A DNA stretch of 32,000 nucleotides. It comes from Xylanibacter ruminicola 23. GTDB taxonomy: Bacteria > Bacteroidota > Bacteroidia > Bacteroidales > Bacteroidaceae. The stretch's first letter is position 1. Each line of letters begins with the position of its first letter. This document shows positions 7,949 to 14,527 of the stretch, in pieces. The notes beneath the pieces were generated by a model. It did not search any database. It was given only the letters and a program-made list of their open reading frames with translations, and was not told the origin of the DNA. The stretch spans positions 840,001-872,000 of the forward strand of contig NC_014033.1 of the NCBI RefSeq assembly GCF_000025925.1, written 5' to 3'. Made by a program: the position numbers and the translations under genes.

Positions 7949-8145
7949 CACACCGCACGCCGCACGCCGCAACTTTTCCGTACTTCACACTCGCAGCATT
8001 TTGTCTTTAGAATATTATATATTATTATATATATTATAATATATATAATAATATATAATATTTATAATACTAATTAATCCACATCCACCATCGCACCCCT
8101 CCACACCGCAAAACCAAAAAGTTGCGGCGTGCGGCGTGCGGTGTG
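7949..8145. repeat. 197-bp element: perfect 29-bp GC-rich terminal inverted repeats enclosing a perfect 52-bp pure-A/T palindrome
   Basis: 7949-7977 cacaccgcacgccgcacgccgcaactttt is the exact reverse complement of 8117-8145. 8011-8062 is a perfect palindrome of A/T only, checked base by base, with its centre at 8036/8037. An extra 13-bp direct copy cctccacaccgca occurs at 7945-7957 and 8098-8110. Confidence 0.9.
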
Positions 8146-8162
8146 ATGCTATCACCACTACA

Positions 8163-8213
8163 TGCATTTTAGCGGAGTTTAGAGGCTCGTTTTTTGCATT
8201 TTAGCGGAGTTTA
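8163..8213. repeat. 19-bp direct repeat x2 (tgcattttagcggagttta), 32-bp period
   Basis: Copies at 8163-8181 and 8195-8213 are identical, and the region is non-coding. Confidence 0.85.
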
Positions 8214-8404
8214 CAAGCCTAAGCCAAAAACAAATGTTAGGTTTATTCGTATTAAAAAACAATTGATTAATACCATAGACGAAAAGTTCTCCAAAGGCTT
8301 AGATAGTAGCTGGTGATTGGCTACCCAAAAGCAACCAGAAAGAATGTGGCTCTGGCCTTAGGCGGTATCAGTAGGATCGGTTCTCTTTATCAGAAATAGG
8401 CGAG

Positions 8405-8477
8405 TATTCCCTCATAAAATTGGCAAGAAGTGGTAGTTATTCCCTCATAAAATTGTCGCGACAGTGGCGCGACAATT
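8405..8477. repeat. 18-bp direct repeat x2 (tattccctcataaaattg, 33-bp period) running into a 10-bp-stem hairpin
   Basis: Copies at 8405-8422 and 8438-8455. The hairpin is aattgtcgcg (8451-8460) / cgcgacaatt (8468-8477) with a 7-nt loop. Confidence 0.85.
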
Positions 8478-8617
8478 ACAAGAAGAATTCGGCCGGAAAG
8501 GATTTGATGAGAAAAGTATCCTTTGAGGACAAGGAATTAAACGAGACAGTGGTTGTTCGGAAATTCCGAACTACCACTCAACATGGAGCTATAGAGGGGA
8601 AAACTGTACTACCCTAG
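8420..8617 (+). pseudogene. remnant of a RhuM/Fic-associated N-terminal-domain type gene (only ~35 recognisable codons)
   Basis: The ORF tail ...VSFEDKELNETVVVRKFRTTTQHGAIEGKTVLP* resembles the conserved ..IFEEGEL.E.SVVRKFRTTAADGK.Y.. block of RhuM-family proteins (from memory). The rest of that ~330-aa family is missing, and the 5' part of the ORF is made of the direct repeats. Confidence 0.4.
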
Positions 8618-8741
8618 AAAAAGTTGAATGGATTTTACCTTACCCCTGCCAAAAGCTGAATCATTCTCTCTAAACCCTTGTTTTTTGTTGAAAGACGATT
8701 ATTTTTATTCTTAGTTTTTTCTTTATTTCACTTATTTGGTG

Positions 8742-8749
8742 TATCTTTG
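8742..8749 (+). promoter_or_regulatory. -7 promoter box (TATCTTTG) upstream of the metallophosphoesterase gene
   Basis: TATCTTTG lies inside the 5' end of track ORF 8678..9559, 25 nt upstream of the in-frame GTG at 8774. Confidence 0.45.
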
Positions 8750-8773
8750 CATGCAATAATACAAATAAAAATA

Positions 8774-9559
8774 GTGAACAGAAACTGCAATATAGTAGAA
8801 TACCCTCGCGCCAAGAAAATCGTAGTTAGTGGCGATATTCATGGTGATTTTACTCAGCTCGTATTTAAGTGCTGCGTACAGTATGAAATGACCGATACAC
8901 TTATCATTGTAGCTGGTGATTGTGGATTCGGTTTTGAAAGGCCCGGCTATTATGAGGCTGTTTACAATCGTTGTCGCGACCGGCTTTCAAAATCCAATAA
9001 CTGGATAGTTTTTATAAGAGGAAATCATGATAATCCAGCTTATTTTAATAGACTACCAATCAAACACCAACGCTGGCGTACGTTATGTGATTATTCGGTA
9101 ATTAAGGCTTGTGGTCATACGATTCTTTGTGTAGGTGGTGCAACATCCATCGACAGAACTCTTCGTATGGCTTCTAATAAATTTCATTTGCCCAATCCAA
9201 ATGATCCTCTTTTGCCAAATGTTTATTGGTCAAATGAACTCCCTGAATTTAACAAGGAGAAGCTTAATAAAATTGATCAGCAATGCGCTGTCGATACCAT
9301 AATTACCCATACTTCACCATCGTTCTGTGAATTATCATCACACCATTTCTTGGAAAGCTGGGCTGAGCATGATGTAGATTTGTTGGACGACGTAAGGTAT
9401 GAGCGCCAGGTGATGGACGATATCTATAGTTATCTTTATAGCAAGAATCATCCTTTAAGATATTGGTATTACGGACATTTCCATGAGAGCTGGCATGCCG
9501 AAATAGATCAGGTAAGATACCACATGCTCGATATAATGGAGTTAAGAGAGATTCTTTAA
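8774..9559 (+). CDS. calcineurin-like metallophosphoesterase (stand-alone, ~262 aa from GTG 8774; the open frame extends to TTG 8678)
   Basis: Complete MPE motif set in order: VVSGDIHGDF, VAGDCGFG, IRGNHDNP, VGGATSIDR, ITHTSP, YYGHFH. The start is uncertain. There is no in-frame ATG before the first motif, and the F/L-rich 8678-8773 stretch may be T-rich promoter DNA or a signal peptide. Confidence 0.8.
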   Translation: MNRNCNIVEYPRAKKIVVSGDIHGDFTQLVFKCCVQYEMTDTLIIVAGDCGFGFERPGYYEAVYNRCRDRLSKSNNWIVFIRGNHDNPAYFNRLPIKHQRWRTLCDYSVIKACGHTILCVGGATSIDRTLRMASNKFHLPNPNDPLLPNVYWSNELPEFNKEKLNKIDQQCAVDTIITHTSPSFCELSSHHFLESWAEHDVDLLDDVRYERQVMDDIYSYLYSKNHPLRYWYYGHFHESWHAEIDQVRYHMLDIMELREIL

Positions 9560-9609
9560 GAAATATGAGTTTTTTCTAGCTAATTATTTGTTACATCGCT
9601 TTTTATTTG

Positions 9610-9617
9610 TATCTTTG
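9610..9617 (+). promoter_or_regulatory. -7 promoter box (TATCTTTG) for the 204-aa PD-(D/E)xK-signature gene
   Basis: TTTGTATCTTTGCA context, 21 nt upstream of ATG 9638. It is nearly identical to the box before the preceding gene. Confidence 0.5.
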
Positions 9618-9637
9618 CAATTGTAAATGAATCAACT

Positions 9638-10252
9638 ATGTCTGAAGAGAATTTAACGGAAGGTTATTCTATATTAGAGGAGACTTGCATGTTGGTATGC
9701 GAGCCTCCATATCAAAATCTTGATACGTTATTGGAAGATTTGCCCAATTTTAGTGGAGCTGGTTTTTATACTCAACTACGACGCATTGCTGAACATCCAG
9801 CATTCGAACCAGTTGAGAATGAAGAGAAGATCTTTAGCGCTGCGGGTGATACATGTGATGACTATCAGAATTTGATTAATGCAGCAAGGAAAGCTGTTGA
9901 GCATGGTTATCGTGTTTTTATATTGCCAAATCCAAAGAGGTTTAGAACGCCTGACTTTATTTTTGAACGCAAGGGTGTATATAAACTGTTTGATTTAAAA
10001 ACCATTTCGGGATCGAACTCGGTTGATAATCGTTTAAAAGAATCTGTTGGTCAAACTAACCGTGTGTTGCTTCATATGGTTTCTAATTATGAACCTCGTC
10101 CATTGGCTAAGAGTATAAAGCATTACTTCGAACTGAATCCTGAAGCAATAGAGGTTCTTGTAATAAAAGGAAAGAAATTTATCTCTATTGTTCGCAAAGA
10201 CACATTAGGCGAATCATATATCAAATACTTTATGGTGAAATATACAAAATAA
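9638..10252 (+). CDS. hypothetical 204-aa protein: acidic N-terminal half plus C-terminal PD-(D/E)xK (restriction-endonuclease-fold) signature
   Basis: HGYRVFILPNPKRFRTP(105)D(106)FIFERKGVYKLFD(119)LK(121)TISGS...GQTNRVLLHM gives PD-x12-DxK spacing. It has its own promoter box and a strong terminator immediately after the stop. Any family assignment (small REase-fold toxin / CdiA-CT-tRNase-like) is from memory only. Confidence 0.75.
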   Translation: MSEENLTEGYSILEETCMLVCEPPYQNLDTLLEDLPNFSGAGFYTQLRRIAEHPAFEPVENEEKIFSAAGDTCDDYQNLINAARKAVEHGYRVFILPNPKRFRTPDFIFERKGVYKLFDLKTISGSNSVDNRLKESVGQTNRVLLHMVSNYEPRPLAKSIKHYFELNPEAIEVLVIKGKKFISIVRKDTLGESYIKYFMVKYTK

Positions 10253-10277
10253 AAAACCACCCCGGAAGGTGGTTTTT
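10252..10277. terminator. bidirectional intrinsic terminator (aaaaaccacc-ccggaa-ggtggttttt)
   Basis: Perfect 10-bp stem 10252-10261 / 10268-10277 with a 6-nt loop, and an A-run and T-run on either side so it can terminate both strands. It overlaps the stop codon of the 204-aa gene. Confidence 0.8.
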
Positions 10278-10347
10278 AAATGGGCAGTATCGATAAAGCC
10301 TTGCCCCTCGCGGGATTCTACCCGGATAGCCAAAACAGATGTTCTGA
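10253..10347 (-). ncRNA. candidate ~95-nt small RNA (orphan promoter-to-terminator unit with no ORF)
   Basis: A minus-strand TATCTTTG box (10353-10360) is followed ~75 nt later by the terminator hairpin and T-run. The interval has local stems (cccGCGAggg with a GNRA loop; gggca...tgccc) and a tRNA-3'-end-like string gggtagaatcccgcgaggggca, but no cloverleaf and no plausible CDS. Confidence 0.25.
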
Positions 10348-10352
10348 CGGTG

Positions 10353-10360
10353 CAAAGATA
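10353..10360 (-). promoter_or_regulatory. -7 promoter box (TATCTTTG) on the minus strand with no downstream gene
   Basis: Plus-strand caaagata equals TATCTTTG on the minus strand, facing the terminator at 10252-10277. Confidence 0.45.
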
Positions 10361-10435
10361 AAAACATTTTCAATAAGTTCCAAATATTTTGGGATTTTTT
10401 TTTTAGTAGAAGTGATTTTATATAAGAAATCTTTG

Positions 10436-10443
10436 TATATTTG
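10436..10443 (+). promoter_or_regulatory. -7 promoter box (TATATTTG) before decayed coding remnants
   Basis: TATATTTG lies 21 nt upstream of ATG 10464, which opens only a 17-codon ORF (MKIEQIYEVIAKEGFPL*). Confidence 0.4.
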
Positions 10444-10463
10444 CACCCAAAAGAACTATCAAA

Positions 10464-11057
10464 ATGAAAATAGAGCAGATATACGAGGTTATTGCCAAGG
10501 AGGGCTTTCCGCTCTAACATTGCAAACTATTGATAACTGTATAAAGGAGATACAAGATGGGACAGAAGATTTTCCTAGATTTAATCTATCAGAGCATGCA
10601 GGACTCTGCACAGCAGGTGCGCCGCTCATTGGGGCGTCCATCATCGCGAGCTACGCGACAGCAAGCATTACGTCAAGTAGCCATGCTGAAGGCTGCGAAG
10701 GAAGCCCAGCAAACTGGCAAATAGATGAGTGCTAAGAAAAACTGATTGAACAATGGGCCAGGGCTGCCAATCTGTGGGAGGATGACTCTGAACAGATTCT
10801 TGTCGCCATGGGTAAAGTATACTGCTGATGCCGAAGTGATTGCTGAGTCAAAAAGAAGAGATTTCACAGGTATGTATGCACTCTATGATGGTTGTATCAT
10901 AATAAACGAAGATTGGTGGGAATATATCCAGGAACACTTTGATGAATTATGCGTTTTTGCCACGCAGTCGTTCTTTGACTACGTCAAACAATACAATGAC
11001 GCTATGAAACTCCTGAGATTTAGAACAACAGGGTTTAGTTTTATTGGAAAACTATAG
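10464..11057 (+). pseudogene. multi-frame coding remnants of an unidentified gene (frameshifted / stop-interrupted)
   Basis: Protein-like stretches occur in three frames. MKIEQIYEVIAKEGFPL* (10464-). MGQKIFLDLIYQSMQDSAQQVRRSLGRPSSRATRQQALRQVAMLKAAKEAQQTGK* (10557-10724). ..EKLIEQWARAANLWEDDSEQILVAMGKVYC*. Then ..YTADAEVIAESKRRDFTGMYALYDGCIIINEDWWEYIQEHFDELCVFATQSFFDYVKQYNDAMKLLRF.. up to 11057. I recognise no family. Confidence 0.3.
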
Positions 11058-11065
11058 AATAATAA

Positions 11066-11566
11066 GGCCATTCATCAAAGCCGCGTAATCGCAATATTGC
11101 TAATGCATTCTTCAAGGCTGGTTTTATCGATACTTGGGGACGTGGTTTCCAAAAAATTCAAGACGGATTTGAACCAGCAGGAATTCCTATGCCTAAGGTT
11201 GAGAATTTCTGCGGAGGAGTGAGGGTAACAATACAGCGAACCAAGTTCATGCAGATGATGAATGTCACTAGTGATGTCACTAGTAATGTCGTAAGTGATG
11301 TCACTAGTAATGTCGTAAGTGATGTCAGTAGTTCTGTCGGTAGTTTGTCGGTAGTGCAACTTACTGATAGACAGAAGAAAATACGCGAATTGATACTGAA
11401 GGATTCTTTTATTTCAGCACAGCAAATGTCAGTAGTTCTGTCAGTAGTTACACGAACTATATGGCGTGATCTTGCAGACTTGCAAAAGAAGGGGGTTTTG
11501 ATTCGTGAGGGCAACACAAGTGCTGGTCATTGGCTTTGGGTTGGTCCTATAGTAGATAATAAATAA
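11066..11566 (+). pseudogene. 5'-truncated C-terminal fragment of an AlbA_2/HATPase_c_4-type ('RecG-like') putative transcriptional regulator
   Basis: The frame is open from the stop at 11063-11065 and has no start. ..KPRNRNIANAFFKAGFIDTWGRGFQKIQDGFEPAGIPMPKVENFCGGVRVTIQR.. matches the conserved ..RN..IA.AF...G.IE.WG.GI..I......G.P.P.F....G.F.V.. block. It is followed by a low-complexity repeat and a wHTH-like tail (LTDRQKKIRELILKD..ISAQQMS....VTRTIWRDLADLQKKGVLIREG). The N-terminal ~300 aa of such proteins are missing. Confidence 0.6.
11273..11338 (+). repeat. 24-bp tandem coding repeat (gatgtcactagtaatgtcgtaagt x2 plus partial copies) inside the regulator fragment
   Basis: 11273-11296 and 11297-11320 are identical and encode DVTSNVVS, with degenerate copies on both sides. 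The same repeat explains the repetitive antisense ORFs 11075..11359 and 11158..11517. Confidence 0.85.
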
Positions 11567-11591
11567 GTAAAAGGCAATTAAAGAATAGCTT

Positions 11592-11779
11592 ATGTCAAAA
11601 TTTAACGAACACAGCTTGGAAATGACCATCATAGAGCTGTTCTGCTGGATTACGCGGTTGAGAGCGGTCAGGACTTTGACGAGCTACTGATTGAGAAGAA
11701 TCGCTATGGTGCCATGTGGCTGCACTTTGCGGTAAGGCCGAAAGATAATCGGCACAAAATACTATTTATTAATGCATAA
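11592..11779 (+). pseudogene. possible remnant of a type I restriction enzyme R-subunit (HsdR) gene: N-terminal ~17 codons fused out of frame to a short unrelated/C-terminal piece
   Basis: ATG 11592 gives MSKFNEHSLEMTIIELF.., which resembles the ..FNE.SLE.AIIELF.. N-terminus of many HsdR proteins (from memory). The frame then collapses with a stop at 11688-11690. A second frame reads LLDYAVESGQDFDELLIEKNRYGAMWLHFAVRPKDNRHKILFINA* up to 11779. Confidence 0.35.
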
Positions 11780-11784
11780 AAAAA

Positions 11785-11818
11785 CAGCGGAGGGCATTGT
11801 GCTCTCCGCTGCGTTTTT
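11785..11818. terminator. bidirectional intrinsic terminator at the island / purM boundary
   Basis: Stem cagcggagggc (11785-11795) / gctctccgctg (11801-11811) with one G-U pair and a 5-nt loop. It is flanked by an A7 run upstream and cgttttta downstream, and it lies 17 nt past the purM stop on the minus strand. Confidence 0.75.
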
Positions 11819-11834
11819 ATAGATGTAAATAAAA

Positions 11835-13001
11835 TTACTCGTAATCGAATGTACCGAACTCGCTCTTGATGTTGAGGCTCTTCTTGCCTTCCTCGATATG
11901 TCCTACTACCTGAGCATCGATGTTGAAGCTCTTTGAGAGGGCGATGACCTGATCGGCAACCTCGGGACGTACGTAGATTTCCATGCGGTGACCCATGTTG
12001 AATACCTGGTACATCTCCTTCCAATCGGTACCTGAGCACTCGTGGATGGCACGGAACAATGGGGGTACAGGGAACATGTTGTCCTTGACGACGCGGCAGT
12101 TGTCGTTCACGAAGTGGAGCACCTTGGTCTGGGCGCCGCCTGTGCAGTGTACCATACCGTGGATTTCGGGACGGAGCTCGTCGAGCAGTTTCTTGATAAC
12201 TGGTGCGTAGGTGCGGGTGGGTGAGAGCACGAGCTGACCGGCATTAACGGGCGAACCTTCGACGGCATCGGTAAGCTTGTACTTACCGCTATACACGAGC
12301 TCGTCAGGGACAGCGTGATCGAAGCTCTCGGGATAGTTCTCGGCGAGATACTTGGCAAACACATCGTGACGGGCTGAGGTAAGACCGTTTGAACCCATAC
12401 CACCGTTGTAGCGCTTCTCGTAAGTGGCCTGACCGGTTGACGACAAACCAACGATGACATCGCCTGGGCGGATGTTGGCATTATCGATCACGTCGGCACG
12501 CTTCATGCGGCAGGTAACAGTGCTATCTACGATGATGGTGCGAACCAGGTCGCCTACATCGGCAGTCTCGCCACCAGTGGGGTAGATGCCGATACCCATT
12601 TCGCGGAGTTCGGCCAGCAGCTCGTCGGTACCATTGATAACGGCTGAGATAACCTCGCCAGGAATCAACATCTTGTTACGACCGATGGTGCTTGATACCA
12701 GGATGTTATCTACGGCGCCCACGCAAAGCAGGTCGTCGGTATTCATCACGATGGCATCCTGAGCGATACCTTTCCATACTGAGAGGTCGCCAGTTTCTTT
12801 CCAATACATGTAGGCGAGGGCCGACTTGGTGCCAGCGCCATCGGCATGCATGATGTTACAATACTCTGGGTCGCCCCCTAAGATGTCGGGGATAATCTTA
12901 CAGAAGGCCTGTGGGAAGATTCCCTTGTCAATGTTTTTGATAGCGTTGTGCACATCCTCCTTGGCAGCACTCACGCCTCGCATCATATATCTATTATCCA
13001 T
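11835..13001 (-). CDS. purM: phosphoribosylformylglycinamidine cyclo-ligase (AIR synthase family, long Bacteroidetes form)
   Basis: 388 aa. MHADGAGTKS.. (DG.GTK motif), a PurM-like N-terminal domain and a C-terminal AIR-synthase domain. It is the last gene of a tightly spaced minus-strand operon. Confidence 0.8.
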   Translation of the reverse strand: MDNRYMMRGVSAAKEDVHNAIKNIDKGIFPQAFCKIIPDILGGDPEYCNIMHADGAGTKSALAYMYWKETGDLSVWKGIAQDAIVMNTDDLLCVGAVDNILVSSTIGRNKMLIPGEVISAVINGTDELLAELREMGIGIYPTGGETADVGDLVRTIIVDSTVTCRMKRADVIDNANIRPGDVIVGLSSTGQATYEKRYNGGMGSNGLTSARHDVFAKYLAENYPESFDHAVPDELVYSGKYKLTDAVEGSPVNAGQLVLSPTRTYAPVIKKLLDELRPEIHGMVHCTGGAQTKVLHFVNDNCRVVKDNMFPVPPLFRAIHECSGTDWKEMYQVFNMGHRMEIYVRPEVADQVIALSKSFNIDAQVVGHIEEGKKSLNIKSEFGTFDYE

Positions 13002-13009
13002 AATCTAAA

Positions 13010-13756
13010 CTATTTTTCGTGCCAAAATTCCCAGCTGGCGAAGGCTTGGAGCAGGAGCATCTCGAGGCCGTTCTTAACCTCGGCACCGTACTTGGCGCCC
13101 TTGCGCATGAACAGGGTTTGGTCGGGGTTATAAATGAGGTCGTAAAGGATGGTGTGCGAGTTCATTGCCTCGTAAGGCAGATCGGGGCACTCGTCGGTTT
13201 TGGGGTACATGCCTAATGGCGTGCAGTTAACAATGACGTTGTACTCCTTGATAACCTCGGGGGTAATCTGATTGTACTGGATGGTGTCGGGGCGCTCGTA
13301 ACGGCTGACGAACACGGGCTCGATGCCTAACGACTTGAGACCGAAGTTGATGGCCTTTGAGGCGCCGCCGGTGCCCAGGATAAGGGCTTTTTTGTGCCAC
13401 TTGGGGTCGAGCATGCTCTCGATGCTCTGGGTAAACCCGATGACATCGCTGTTATAGCCCTTGAGCAGCGTTTTATTCTTCTCATGGACCACACGGATCA
13501 CATTGACAGCGCCGATGGCACGTGCCTCGGGCGAAATGCTGTCGAGGAAAGGAATCACCTTCTCTTTGTAAGGGATGGTGACGTTGAGACCTTTAAGGTT
13601 GGGATTGCGGTCGATGATCTCGGGGAGTTCATCAATCGTGGGAATCTCAAAGTTCTCGTACTTGGCATTGATGCCTTCGTCGGCAAACTTCTGGTTGAAG
13701 TAGCTGATGGAGAACGAATGTCCCAAGGGGTAACCGATAAGTCCGTACTTGTCCAT
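13010..13756 (-). CDS. aroE: shikimate 5-dehydrogenase
   Basis: 248 aa. MDKYGLIGYPLGHSFS...YFN..F (shikimate-binding N-terminus), LILGTGGASKA (Rossmann GxGGxxxA), NCTPLGM. Confidence 0.88.
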   Translation of the reverse strand: MDKYGLIGYPLGHSFSISYFNQKFADEGINAKYENFEIPTIDELPEIIDRNPNLKGLNVTIPYKEKVIPFLDSISPEARAIGAVNVIRVVHEKNKTLLKGYNSDVIGFTQSIESMLDPKWHKKALILGTGGASKAINFGLKSLGIEPVFVSRYERPDTIQYNQITPEVIKEYNVIVNCTPLGMYPKTDECPDLPYEAMNSHTILYDLIYNPDQTLFMRKGAKYGAEVKNGLEMLLLQAFASWEFWHEK

Positions 13757-13767
13757 AAATTTAGTAT

Positions 13768-14499
13768 TTATTTAGTTGCAAAATACATGGTGCAGATGCC
13801 GAAGGTGAGCCTGCGGAACGAGGCCTCGGCAAATCCTGCCTTCATCAGAATATCTACCATGCGCTCGCCCTGGGGGAAAGCCTCGATGGTTTTTGTGAGA
13901 TAGGAGTAGGCGCTGGTGTCGCGCGAGATCAGTCGGCCATAAACGGGGAGCACGGTGTGCGAGTAGATGTGGAACAGCTGCTTCATGGGGAACTTAACAG
14001 GTGTGGTAAGTTCGACGATGCTGAGATGGCCACCGGGCTTAAGCACGCGATACATTTCGCGAAGACCGGCATCGAGGTCGGCAAAGTTGCGGATGCCGAA
14101 TGCGGCGGTAACGGCGTCGAAGGTATCGCTATTATAGGATAGGTGTAGGCAATCCTCTTTCTCGAACGTTACGATGCTGTCGAGTCCGAGTGCCTTTACC
14201 TTCTGTCGGCCTATCTCCATCATGCCCTCGCTGATGTCGGCACCTACCACGCGGGTGGGCTGCAGCATCTGGGTGGCTAGGATGGCGAAGTCGCCTGTGC
14301 CTGTGGCTATATCGAGCAGCGACTGGGGCTTGAAAGGCGCCAAAGCCTTGATGGCCTTGCGGCGCCAACCCTTATCGATGTCCCACGACAAACGGTGGTT
14401 AAGCTTGTCGTAGGTAGGGGCGATGTTATCAAACATCTGCTCTACCTGCGACGCTTTTTCACCTTCGCCGTATGGCTTTATCTTCTCCTGATCGTACAT
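13768..14499 (-). CDS. ubiE: demethylmenaquinone / ubiquinone-family C-methyltransferase
   Basis: 243 aa. [29 protein letters not shown] (UbiE/MenG signature), SAM motif [10 protein letters not shown], then [12 protein letters not shown]. Confidence 0.88.
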   Translation of the reverse strand: MYDQEKIKPYGEGEKASQVEQMFDNIAPTYDKLNHRLSWDIDKGWRRKAIKALAPFKPQSLLDIATGTGDFAILATQMLQPTRVVGADISEGMMEIGRQKVKALGLDSIVTFEKEDCLHLSYNSDTFDAVTAAFGIRNFADLDAGLREMYRVLKPGGHLSIVELTTPVKFPMKQLFHIYSHTVLPVYGRLISRDTSAYSYLTKTIEAFPQGERMVDILMKAGFAEASFRRLTFGICTMYFATK

Positions 14500-14527
14500 T
14501 AATGATTAAACATTAAACATTAAACAT
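14500..14527. repeat. tandem heptamer repeat (plus strand TAATGAT TAAACAT x3; sense strand ATGTTTA) filling the purC-stop / ubiE-start junction
   Basis: Sense (minus) strand reads TAA TGT TTA ATG TTT AAT GTT TAA TCA TTA ATG. That is the purC stop, an in-frame 4-codon mini-ORF (MFNV*), then the ubiE ATG. Confidence 0.85.

Noticed and set aside
7949-8145. Confident call as a MITE or insertion element
   Set aside because: No target-site duplication flanks the 29-bp inverted repeats, and copy number cannot be assessed from one window. I kept it as a finding, not as a mobile_element feature.
8163-8477. Possible CRISPR array
   Set aside because: There are only two copies of each of two different repeats. 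The 18-19-bp repeats have 13-15-bp spacers, and there are no cas genes. This is not CRISPR architecture.
10285-10320. tRNA gene
   Set aside because: Only a T-arm/acceptor-3'-like string is present, with a 6-nt rather than 7-nt T-loop. There is no complementary 5' acceptor strand, D-arm or anticodon arm upstream.
10280-10735. 151-aa ORF as a real gene
   Set aside because: It starts right after a terminator and runs through two promoter boxes on opposite strands and an AT-rich spacer. Only its distal part looks protein-like, and that part competes with better ORFs in other frames. I treat it as part of the pseudogene debris.
11075-11517. Minus-strand ORFs (94 and 119 aa) with TSDITYDITSDI / LTTLLVTSLTTLLV repeats
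   Set aside because: They are antisense read-outs of the 24-bp tandem repeat inside the plus-strand regulator fragment, and the plus frame has the recognisable conserved blocks.
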